From positions 960,001 to 992,000 of the forward strand of contig NZ_CP045650.1 in assembly GCF_009557235.1 (NCBI RefSeq): a stretch of 32,000 nucleotides of DNA, given 5' to 3'. The DNA is from Acinetobacter wanghuae. GTDB taxonomy: Bacteria > Pseudomonadota > Gammaproteobacteria > Pseudomonadales > Moraxellaceae. Shown here in pieces: positions 10,256 through 20,198 of this stretch. The notes beneath the pieces are model-generated. The model saw nothing but the letters and a program-made list of their open reading frames with translations, did not search any database and was not told the origin of the DNA. The position numbers were made by a program, and so were the translations under genes. Numbering within the stretch: position 1 is the first letter of the stretch; each line of letters begins with the position of its first letter.

Positions 10256-10624
10256 GTGGAAGTTGAGACAGTGAACAAGACTATTCCGCCCTTACCACAG
10301 TTTAATTCAACAAAACGCAATGAAACCTTAGCACTCATTCATGGCGTTTATGCCGGAATTTTAAGTTTTAGTATGGTTGTGTTTATTTATCTTGAATATC
10401 AACATCAATCTGCTGATATTACTATTTTAAGTATTGCGCTGATTGTGATTTTGGCTTTGATTTATTTCAATATTAAAACATGCTTAAAGGTTAAATTAGG
10501 TGATGGAGCAGGGCGTAATTTATCGCGTGTGATGGCAGTATTTATGCTACTCAGTTTTCCGATTGGTACTGTACTTGGTGCTATTGCGTTATGGAAAACA
10601 TCGAATAAACAATGGGAAAATTGA
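10256..10624 (+). CDS. Small hypothetical membrane protein (about 3 TM)
   Basis: ORF with three hydrophobic segments (GVYAGILSFSMVVFIYL, ILSIALIVILALIYF, VMAVFMLLSFPIGTVLGAIALW). Start is uncertain (GTG 10256 or GTG 10271, no ATG). No family recognised. Confidence 0.5.
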   Translation: MEVETVNKTIPPLPQFNSTKRNETLALIHGVYAGILSFSMVVFIYLEYQHQSADITILSIALIVILALIYFNIKTCLKVKLGDGAGRNLSRVMAVFMLLSFPIGTVLGAIALWKTSNKQWEN

Positions 10625-10674
10625 GGATTGACTCTTTACCTGAATATTTTTTAAAAACTGCCATAAACAAATAA

Positions 10675-12768
<2,094 letters not shown>

Positions 12769-12794
12769 GGATTTGATGAAACTATATGCAGTTG

Positions 12795-12816
12795 ATTGCA
12801 TTCATTGCAATTTTTA
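12795..12816 (+). terminator. Candidate fadH terminator
   Basis: attgca-ttcat-tgcaat hairpin followed by ttttt. The stem is AT-rich and short. Confidence 0.45.
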
Positions 12817-12817
12817 C

Positions 12818-12846
12818 TTGTCAGTCCATCAAAAGCTCCGTATTAT
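12818..12846 (+). promoter_or_regulatory. sigma70 promoter of tRNA-Ser
   Basis: TTGTCA (12818-12823), 17-nt spacer, TATTAT (12841-12846), discriminator TGCGCAC. The tRNA 5' end lies 9 nt after the -10. Confidence 0.6.
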
Positions 12847-12855
12847 TGCGCACAT

Positions 12856-12945
12856 GGAAGCGTGGCAGAGCGGTTTAATGCACCGGTCTTGAAAACCGAC
12901 GAGGGTTTACCCCCTCCGTGAGTTCGAATCTCACCGCTTCCGCCA
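12856..12945 (+). tRNA. tRNA-Ser (anticodon UGA), class II with long variable arm
   Basis: GGAAGCGTGGCAGAGCGGTTTAATGCACCGGTCTTGAAAACCGACGAGGGTTTACCCCCTCCGTGAGTTCGAATCTCACCGCTTCCGCCA. 90 nt, anticodon loop CT-TGA-AA, encoded CCA. Similar to E. coli serT. Confidence 0.96.
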
Positions 12946-12951
12946 AATTCT

Positions 12952-12982
12952 AAAAAGCCCTGACATTGTCAGGGCTTTTTTT
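12952..12982 (+). terminator. Rho-independent terminator after tRNA-Ser
   Basis: aaaaagccctgac-attg-tcagggcttttttt. Confidence 0.9.
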
Positions 12983-13211
12983 ATGATTTTATTCAGAAAA
13001 TAATATTTCTATTAAGTTAACGGTTGTTGGTTTGGTGATGATGCTTGAAGATCAAGTTGTAAAATAATTAGGAATTTTAAGCAGCCTATATAAATAATTT
13101 AAAAAAGTGGAATAATGTTTAAAAGATCATGAGAAATTGAAGATACAAAGAGCTTATCCGTCATCTTTATTAAAATAAAATTCTATTTTATGCTCGATGA
13201 GCATCATTATT

Positions 13212-13241
13212 AAAAAAATAGGAGCTCATGGCTGAACTCCT
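13212..13241 (-). terminator. Probable terminator after the pirin gene
   Basis: Minus strand AGGAG-ttcagccatgag-CTCCT followed by atttttttaa. 5-bp stem, large loop. Confidence 0.45.
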
Positions 13242-13261
13242 GTTTATTCGCTTATTTTCAC

Positions 13262-13963
13262 TTATGCAGTAATACGTTCTGGCAAATCAAACCAAATCAC
13301 TTGCGCATCATCCAACGCTTTCATATCCACGTCATCTAGGAATGCAATCGCATCGCCAGCATTGAGGGTATATTCATTAATTTGCACAGAACCTGAAATC
13401 ACATGTACATAATTCATATGTTGAGTGGCTTTCACCGCTAAAGCGTAATCTTTTTCAATTACAGCAGTCTTCACCTCCGCATTTTGACGAATATGCATCG
13501 GTGCGTTGTCATTTGGACCACAAATCAAATGCCATTGGTTAGGAAATTCACGCGGATCTAAACGAATTTGCTGATAATTGGGTTTAGCATCACGCTCATT
13601 TGGAATAATCCAAATTTGCAACAAATGTACTTGCTCATCACCTTGGTTGATTTCACTATGGCGAACACCTGTGCCCGCACTCATGAGTTGCCATTCGCCC
13701 GCAGTAATCCCGCCATGATTGCCCATACTGTCTTGATGGGTAATCGTACCGTTCAACACGCAAGTCAAAATCTCCATGTTGTCATGTGGATGCTGACCAA
13801 AACCTTGGTTGCCCGCAATCAAATCATCATTAATGACACGTAAAGCACTCACACCCATATAGTCAGGGTTATACCAGTTGCCAAAAGAGAAGCTGTGTTT
13901 AGATTCAAGCCAACCCATTTTGACATGACCACGATTTTCACTGCGATGTACAAAAGCATTCAT
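13262..13963 (-). CDS. Pirin family protein (YhhW-like bicupin, quercetinase-type)
   Basis: RGHVKMGWLESKHSFSFGNWYNPDYMGVSALRVINDD, GFGQHPHDNMEILTCVL.G...HQDSMGN and MSAGTGVRHSE align with E. coli YhhW. Confidence 0.93.
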   Translation of the reverse strand: MNAFVHRSENRGHVKMGWLESKHSFSFGNWYNPDYMGVSALRVINDDLIAGNQGFGQHPHDNMEILTCVLNGTITHQDSMGNHGGITAGEWQLMSAGTGVRHSEINQGDEQVHLLQIWIIPNERDAKPNYQQIRLDPREFPNQWHLICGPNDNAPMHIRQNAEVKTAVIEKDYALAVKATQHMNYVHVISGSVQINEYTLNAGDAIAFLDDVDMKALDDAQVIWFDLPERITA

Positions 13964-14079
13964 AGCTGTATCTCACGTTATTTTTTAAATTAAGATCATC
14001 TTAATGTTGTTTTATCCTGAGAAAAATAGCAATTTAAAGACAGATCATTGCATTTTTGCAACGACAAAAGCTGCATATT

Positions 14080-14107
14080 AAAAAACCCACACGAGGGTGG
14101 GTTTTTT
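14080..14107 (-). terminator. Rho-independent terminator after the L,D-transpeptidase gene (bidirectional in form)
   Basis: aaaaaacccac-acgag-ggtgggtttttt, 16 nt beyond the stop at 14123. Confidence 0.85.
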
Positions 14108-14122
14108 ATTGAAATGAATTGA

Positions 14123-15340
14123 TTATTCTAAGAACCGAACAGTCGTACCATTTTTCACTTTACGACCTAAATCATTGGCATCCCAGTTGGTTAAACGAAT
14201 ACAACCATGTGAGAATGATTTAGAAATCATCGATGGGTTTGGTGTACCGTGAATACCAAATGAACGTTTGCTCAGTGAAATCCAGATGTTACCTACAGGA
14301 CCGTTTGGACCCGGTGGTAAAGACAATGGCTTTAAGTTTTTACCTTGCACGAAGTTAGAAGGTGAGTAGCTATAATGCGGATTTTTTGCCACGCCTGTTA
14401 CTTTATATGTGCCTGTTGGTGATGGTGTATCTGTACCACCAATCGTTGCGGGGAACGAACCGACCATTTGGTTCTTGCTGTTGAACAGGTATAACTGTCT
14501 TGCACCTTTATGCGCAACGATCAAATGAATGTCTTCAGATAACTCATTACGAATATTGGTGACAATAATTTTTTGACCGACTTTGCTAAAGTTCGCACCC
14601 GGATTAAGCATCTTTAAGAAGCCTTCATCCATGTGGAATTTTTCACCCAACATTTCGCTCATTGAGGTGTAATACAAGCCCGGCATTTTGGCTTGAAGTG
14701 CATAATCATGTGGAATTGATTTTGCTAATGGCACTTTGAGATCTTCAGCCGTAATGGTGTATTCGATAAAAGCAGGTTTTGAACCATGTAATGCCACTAA
14801 TTTATCCCAAGTTTCTTGGGTTAAAATACCACTTGGTTTAATGCCATTCATTTGTTGGAATGATGAAATTGCTTTTAACGTATTTTTACCACTAGTACCG
14901 TCAATTGCACCTGGTGATGCATGGGCATTGTTCAGCATGACATGTGCACGTGCATAGACAGGGAATTGACCTGCCCCAATATTGTCATACCAAGCAGCAT
15001 TATTAAGACCATCTAAGGTCCATGACGCTTTTGTCACAGCTTGAGCAGGTGATTTGGTTTGTGGTGCATCGCCAATTGCTGCATTTTGATCTTCTGAAGT
15101 TTGAAGATTGTTGAGCGCATCAGATGCTGTGTTTAAATCTTGTTGTTCTTGTGGAGAGATTTGTGACTCTGCATTGGGTTGAGCAGATGACGCTTCTGTC
15201 GCTAAAGGATCGATCGGATCTTGAACTGACACGTTGGCTGTCACTTTAGGATTCAATGGTTGTTCAGCAGCAAAAGCCGCAAAAGAAGTGCCTGCAGTGA
15301 TGCAAGTTAAACTCATAGCGAGTATGGTGCGAACGAACAT
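14123..15340 (-). CDS. Periplasmic L,D-transpeptidase (signal peptide, disordered linker, PG-binding repeat, YkuD catalytic domain)
   Basis: C-terminal YkuD motif FGIHGTPNPSMISKSFSHGCIRLTNWD (catalytic H...SHGC). PG_binding_1-like LKAISSFQQMNGIKPSGILTQETWDKL. Signal MFVRTILAMSLTCITAGTSFAAFA. ATG 15340 with AAGG upstream is preferred over the track's TTG at 15349. Confidence 0.92.
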   Translation of the reverse strand: MFVRTILAMSLTCITAGTSFAAFAAEQPLNPKVTANVSVQDPIDPLATEASSAQPNAESQISPQEQQDLNTASDALNNLQTSEDQNAAIGDAPQTKSPAQAVTKASWTLDGLNNAAWYDNIGAGQFPVYARAHVMLNNAHASPGAIDGTSGKNTLKAISSFQQMNGIKPSGILTQETWDKLVALHGSKPAFIEYTITAEDLKVPLAKSIPHDYALQAKMPGLYYTSMSEMLGEKFHMDEGFLKMLNPGANFSKVGQKIIVTNIRNELSEDIHLIVAHKGARQLYLFNSKNQMVGSFPATIGGTDTPSPTGTYKVTGVAKNPHYSYSPSNFVQGKNLKPLSLPPGPNGPVGNIWISLSKRSFGIHGTPNPSMISKSFSHGCIRLTNWDANDLGRKVKNGTTVRFLE

Positions 15341-15546
15341 GTAATTCAACCTTAAGAATTATTCATTAACTATGTGAAAAAACAGTATAAGTATTACAGA
15401 AAAAAACCACTGTTGCAGTATTTGTTTTGTGTAAATCCTCACAATTCTTGAATGTTGCTGATCGGTATTTAACATTATGGGAAGTTATTCAAAAGCGAGG
15501 CTTTTTGATATGATAGGACAAACATCAAAGATAGATTGGAATGTGA

Positions 15547-16617
15547 ATGACGACCTTAAAAAATGATCGTTTTCTGCGTGCTTTATTGCGTGAACCTGTA
15601 GATGCAACGCCTGTGTGGATGATGCGTCAAGCGGGGCGCTATTTACCAGAGTATCGTGAAACGCGTGCGAAGGCGGGTGACTTCCTTTCTCTTTGCAAAA
15701 ATAATGATTTCGCCTGTGAAGTGACTTTACAACCTTTACGTCGTTATGACTTGGATGCGGCGATTTTATTCTCTGATATTTTAACCGTACCCGATGCTTT
15801 AGGTTTAGGTTTGTACTTTGAAGCCGGTGAAGGTCCAAAATTCCGTAAAACGGTTCGTACAGAACAAGATGTCGCGAATTTGCCTGCCTTTAATGCTAAG
15901 TCAGATTTAGATTATGTCATGAATGCTGTTAGTACCATTCGTTCGGCATTGGGTGGTCAAGTCCCTTTGATTGGTTTCTCGGGTAGTCCGTGGACACTAG
16001 CCACCTATATGGTTGAAGGTGGTTCAAGCAAAGATTTCCGCTTTACTAAAAATATGATGTACGCGCAGCCTGAAGTCTTACATGCTTTATTGGCACGTTT
16101 GGCGGATGCCGTGACTGATTATTTAAATGCACAGATTGATGCTGGTGCACAAGCCGTTCAAATTTTTGATAGTTGGGGCGGTGCACTCGCACATCGTGAG
16201 TATCTTGAATTTTCACTGCAGTATATGCAGAAAATTGTCTCGGGCTTACAACGTGAAAAAGACGGTCGTAAAATTCCAGTAATCTTATTTACCAAAGGTG
16301 GCGGTCAGTGGTTAGAGCCAATGGTTGCGACAGGTGCAGATGCATTTGGCTTAGATTGGACTACGAATTTACAGACAGCTCGTCAAACCGTAGCTGGTCG
16401 TGCGGCATTACAGGGTAATTTAGATCCTGCAACCTTGTATGGTTCTCATGATCGTATCATTCAAGCCACCAAACAAATGCTTGATGATGCCTATGCCAAT
16501 GGTGAAAAGACGGGTTATGTGGCCAACTTAGGTCATGGTATTACGCAATGGGTCGACCCTGCCAATCCAAAAGCATTTATCGACACTGTGCATGAATACA
16601 GCGCAAAATATTTATAG
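15547..16617 (+). CDS. hemE: Uroporphyrinogen decarboxylase
   Basis: [48 protein letters not shown] and FDSWGG are hallmark HemE blocks. Typical full length of 356 aa. Confidence 0.97.
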   Translation: MTTLKNDRFLRALLREPVDATPVWMMRQAGRYLPEYRETRAKAGDFLSLCKNNDFACEVTLQPLRRYDLDAAILFSDILTVPDALGLGLYFEAGEGPKFRKTVRTEQDVANLPAFNAKSDLDYVMNAVSTIRSALGGQVPLIGFSGSPWTLATYMVEGGSSKDFRFTKNMMYAQPEVLHALLARLADAVTDYLNAQIDAGAQAVQIFDSWGGALAHREYLEFSLQYMQKIVSGLQREKDGRKIPVILFTKGGGQWLEPMVATGADAFGLDWTTNLQTARQTVAGRAALQGNLDPATLYGSHDRIIQATKQMLDDAYANGEKTGYVANLGHGITQWVDPANPKAFIDTVHEYSAKYL

Positions 16618-16626
16618 GATAAAAAC

Positions 16627-17424
16627 TTGATTGCAATTTTAAAATCAGGTTTTGAATTTTCATATAAGGCAGCTTCGGCTGCCTTATTTGGAATTTTATT
16701 GCTGCTGGCGTTTGCCTTAACTGCCGCTATGGGCAGCGACCTGTATGTCGGTTTTTACCGTTATGACTATTTGTTGTTTTATGCGTTAACTATTCAAGCG
16801 CTGTTGCTCTATGCCAAATTAGAATCATGGGCGGAAGCAAAAGTGATTGCGCTCTTTCACATTGTAGCGATGGTCATGGAGATTTTTCTGACCCATCCTG
16901 CAATTGCATCATGGCAATATCCACAGCCTGCGGTATTTAAAATTTTAACCGTGCCTTTATTTGCCGGGTTTATGTATTCCGCCGTTGGTAGCTTTTTTGC
17001 GCGTTCTTTGCGTTTGTATCAGGTCTCGTTCGAAAAATTGCCGCGTTTTGGCAACATGCTTGCGTTAGCTGTGCTCTCCTATATCAATTTTATGAGCAAA
17101 TTTTTTATTCCAGATTATCGCGTGGTTCTGTTTGGCTGGAGTATCGTGATTTTTTGGAAAACCAAGATTCGCTTTGAGTTACAGCATCACCATTTTCAGC
17201 TGCCGATGTTGCCTGTTTTGGCATTGTTGGCATTTCTCATCTGGATTGCGGAAAATATCAGTACGTTCTATCAAATTTGGTTGTATCCAAGTCAAGTTGA
17301 TGCTTGGCATATGGTGGGTTGGGGGAAGTTAGGTTCATGGTATTTGCTCCTCTTACTCAGTTTGGTTCTCGTGCTTAAAATTTTGGGTAACCGTGATGTG
17401 AAAGGCACATGGACGTTAAAATAA
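16627..17424 (+). CDS. Multipass inner-membrane protein of unknown function (possibly DUF817 family)
   Basis: 265-aa ORF with about 8 hydrophobic segments. TTG start preceded by AGGA that overlaps the hemE stop, with a 9-nt gap. The family name comes from memory of Acinetobacter annotations and is not verified. Confidence 0.75.
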   Translation: MIAILKSGFEFSYKAASAALFGILLLLAFALTAAMGSDLYVGFYRYDYLLFYALTIQALLLYAKLESWAEAKVIALFHIVAMVMEIFLTHPAIASWQYPQPAVFKILTVPLFAGFMYSAVGSFFARSLRLYQVSFEKLPRFGNMLALAVLSYINFMSKFFIPDYRVVLFGWSIVIFWKTKIRFELQHHHFQLPMLPVLALLAFLIWIAENISTFYQIWLYPSQVDAWHMVGWGKLGSWYLLLLLSLVLVLKILGNRDVKGTWTLK

Positions 17425-17489
17425 GGCATCTGTCGATTTAACGACATGATTGGGTGTAATTGGCATAATTTATTTTGCGTTTCAGACAG

Positions 17490-17515
17490 CGACACGTTAA
17501 TCTCAAAACGTGTCG
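17490..17515 (+). promoter_or_regulatory. Perfect 9-bp inverted repeat (operator or stem-loop) upstream of the DUF3015-like gene
   Basis: CGACACGTT-N8-AACGTGTCG. No T-run follows, so it is not a classic terminator. It lies 50 nt upstream of the start codon. Confidence 0.4.
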
Positions 17516-17564
17516 TAAATGACACCTTTATAACTAAAAACATTGAGAATAATTCTCAGGAGAA

Positions 17565-18041
17565 ATGACGATGATGAAAAAAATTATGCTTGCTGCGGTT
17601 GTGGCGCTAGGATCTACGGCTGCTTTTGCTGACCGTGATGCAGGTTGTGGTATCGGTTCTCAAGTGTGGGCAGGTCAATCAGGTAAAGTGGCTAAAATTT
17701 TAGCAGCGACGACCAATGGTATTTTCGCTAACCAATTATTCGGTATTACTTTCGGTACTTTGGGTTGTAGCGGTACAGGTACTGTCACTGCACAAGTGGT
17801 GACATTTACCAATGAAAATGCTGAATCATTGGCGCGTGATATGGCGGTGGGTGAAGGAGAAAGCTTAAACGTGTTAGCTGAATTGTTAAAAATTGAAGCA
17901 GACGATAAAGCACGTTTCTTTGCATTATCTAAGCAAAATTTTGGCAAAATCTATGCGGCTGAAAACCAAACTTCTTTAGACGTATTGGCATCATTAAAAA
18001 GTGTGATGGCAAATGATGAAGTATTAAAAGAATACGTTTAA
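17565..18041 (+). CDS. Secreted small protein, DUF3015-like
   Basis: AGGAGA SD; ATG at 17565, 17571 or 17574 (17571 has the best spacing). Signal peptide MMKKIMLAAVVALGSTAAFA/DR. Mature protein has two Cys (DAGCGIGS, GTLGCSGTG), a pattern I associate with DUF3015. Confidence 0.85.
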   Translation: MTMMKKIMLAAVVALGSTAAFADRDAGCGIGSQVWAGQSGKVAKILAATTNGIFANQLFGITFGTLGCSGTGTVTAQVVTFTNENAESLARDMAVGEGESLNVLAELLKIEADDKARFFALSKQNFGKIYAAENQTSLDVLASLKSVMANDEVLKEYV

Positions 18042-18050
18042 TACGCTTTA

Positions 18051-18079
18051 AAAACCCTGTCCATTTGGCAGGGTTTTTC
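18051..18079 (+). terminator. Rho-independent terminator or attenuator between the DUF3015-like and DUF4105-like genes
   Basis: aaaaccctgtc-cattt-ggcagggttttt(ctcttt), about 10 nt after the stop and 25 nt before the next ATG. Confidence 0.75.
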
Positions 18080-18103
18080 TCTTTATAAAAATTATTATCT
18101 TCT

Positions 18104-19987
18104 ATGAAATCCAAATTTATTCTTGTTAGTACACTTCTTTCATGTAGCTCACTGACATTTGGCTCCCCATCTTTAAGCGATGTGTATGCGCAAAAAGCCC
18201 TGTCACTTCAACTTGATCAAAATAAAACGTGGCAGCGCTTGCTCTATGCCAATAAAGAATTAAAAAGTGAAGTAACGTACACTGGCTTTTTCTATGCCAA
18301 AAATGGGCAAAACGATTTAAAGCAAGAACTCGAAATGAATGTGCAAGCCTTGTTTGATCAGGCTGAAGATAATCAATCGATTCGCTGCAAATTTCCTGCA
18401 CGTAGTGAATTTTTAATCAAAGCCCTGAATATTTCAGAGACAGAATTACCTGAGGTAACATGTTCTGAATTAGAGGATTGGTTGGGACAAATTAAACCCT
18501 ATAAAGCCACTTTAATTTATGCGACAGACTTTATGGGTAATCCGAGTTCGATGTTTGGACATACCTTACTTCGGCTCGATCCGAAAAATCAAAAACAATT
18601 AAATCTGATCTCTTATGCCGTCAATTATGCTGCGACGGTAGAGGGTGAGCAAAGTTGGTCTTATGCATGGAAAGGGCTGACAGGGCAGTATCCGGGTGAA
18701 TATTCGCTGATGCCATATTACCGAAAAGTCAAAGAATATGGTGATCTAGAAAGCCGTGATTTATGGGAATATGAACTAAATTTAACTGAGCAAGAAACTC
18801 AGTTTTTGGTTAAACATATTTGGGAACTGAAGCAGGTAAAATTTCCCTATTACTTTATCAATGACAACTGCGCCTATCGACTATTGGGGCTAATTGATTT
18901 AGTCCGTCCTGAGCTGAATGTACAGCAGCAATTTAAGTTGTCTGCGATTCCGATGCAAACCCTCAAAGAGATTGATCACAATCAACTGATTGCCGATGTG
19001 GTCTATCGACCCGCTTTAGAAACTCAACTTAATGCACAGTCTAAGCAGCATGGCCATGCCTTGGCAAAAGTGGCTCACTACCTTAGCTTAAGTCAGCCGC
19101 AAGCCTTTTCAAAACAATTGGATGGGTTTGACCCTCAAGATCAAGCTAAAATTTTAGAAATGGCTTACGACGATTTATATCTACAATTAAATGCTCGTAA
19201 AGTTGATGCCAAGCAAGCTGAACCGAAACTCAGACAATTATTGATTCTGCGTAGTCAGCTCAGCGTTGATAAGCAGCGAGCAGCAGTAAAAATTCCAAAG
19301 ATTGATCCCGTAAAAAGCCACGATGCAAGCCAAATTACGCTTAGTACAGGGCAGCTACAAAATGATTCATTTTTTGAAATTTCTAGCCGTGCGGCATACC
19401 ATGATTTGATGGATCCACAAGGCGGCTATCGCATTGGAACTCAGCTCAAGTTTTTAGATGCGAGTCTGCAATATCGCGATCACGAACTGAAATTAGATCA
19501 TTTCGAGCTTTTGGCTGTGAATGCTTATAATCCGATCACTGCCTTCAAAACCCCATTAAGTTGGGGATTTAATCTTGGTTGGAAGCAAGAAGCACAACAT
19601 CAAGGTGAATTTAGTGATCAGCATCAACATGGCGTATTTAATCTAAATACTCAGTTTGGTTTTAGTGTGGCAGATGCAGATCGACAACATTTATGTTTTG
19701 CTCAAATTCAAAATCATATTCAGGCAGGGAAGGATTTGGATCGAGGTTGGCGTGTTGGACTTGGACCTACCTTGGGATGTCAAAATATTTGGACAGAAAA
19801 GTGGATGAGCGTGCTGCAGCTACACATGCCGTATTGGGAAGATCAGCATCAATGGCAATTTAATACCGGTGCGCAATTACAATATCATTTTAATCACCAA
19901 AACGCGGTACGTGTGCACTGGCAATATCAACAGCAAAATGATCTAGATTGGAACAAATTTGGACTCAGTTTATTACGCTATTTTTAA
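18104..19987 (+). CDS. Exported 627-aa protein: DUF4105 (Lnb N-terminal-like) domain plus a putative C-terminal beta-barrel
   Basis: Signal MKSKFILVSTLLSCSSLTFG (possible lipobox LLSC). YATDFMGNPSSMFGHTLLRLDP motif region. The C-terminal ~200 aa has an alternating-polarity pattern, is W/Y/Q/H-rich, and ends FGLSLLRYF (OMP beta-signal-like terminal Phe). Confidence 0.85.
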   Translation: MKSKFILVSTLLSCSSLTFGSPSLSDVYAQKALSLQLDQNKTWQRLLYANKELKSEVTYTGFFYAKNGQNDLKQELEMNVQALFDQAEDNQSIRCKFPARSEFLIKALNISETELPEVTCSELEDWLGQIKPYKATLIYATDFMGNPSSMFGHTLLRLDPKNQKQLNLISYAVNYAATVEGEQSWSYAWKGLTGQYPGEYSLMPYYRKVKEYGDLESRDLWEYELNLTEQETQFLVKHIWELKQVKFPYYFINDNCAYRLLGLIDLVRPELNVQQQFKLSAIPMQTLKEIDHNQLIADVVYRPALETQLNAQSKQHGHALAKVAHYLSLSQPQAFSKQLDGFDPQDQAKILEMAYDDLYLQLNARKVDAKQAEPKLRQLLILRSQLSVDKQRAAVKIPKIDPVKSHDASQITLSTGQLQNDSFFEISSRAAYHDLMDPQGGYRIGTQLKFLDASLQYRDHELKLDHFELLAVNAYNPITAFKTPLSWGFNLGWKQEAQHQGEFSDQHQHGVFNLNTQFGFSVADADRQHLCFAQIQNHIQAGKDLDRGWRVGLGPTLGCQNIWTEKWMSVLQLHMPYWEDQHQWQFNTGAQLQYHFNHQNAVRVHWQYQQQNDLDWNKFGLSLLRYF

Positions 19988-20198
19988 TTTATAAAGGCGC
20001 GCTTATTGACTAAAAAAACTGAGTAAAAACTTTAAAATAAGTGGCTTTTTTCTTAAATATTTACTATGTACATCAAATATTTAACTATTTATATTATCTA
20101 AAATCTAAAATATAAACCTAGTATTTTAGTATTTCCCCCTTTTTTTGATATATTTGTCACATAATTTTTCGCAAATTGCGGTTGTGGGGACCAAGTGT

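Noticed and set aside
15485-15838. 117-aa minus-strand ORF spanning the hemE start.
   Set aside because: It is antisense to the highly conserved hemE N-terminus and has no SD. It is a shadow ORF.
17292-18401. Minus-strand ORFs (17292-17543, 17675-17947, 17929-18114, 18126-18401) across the DUF817/DUF3015/DUF4105 region.
   Set aside because: They are antisense to ORFs that have signal peptides, an SD and a terminator. None has a start context or recognisable features.
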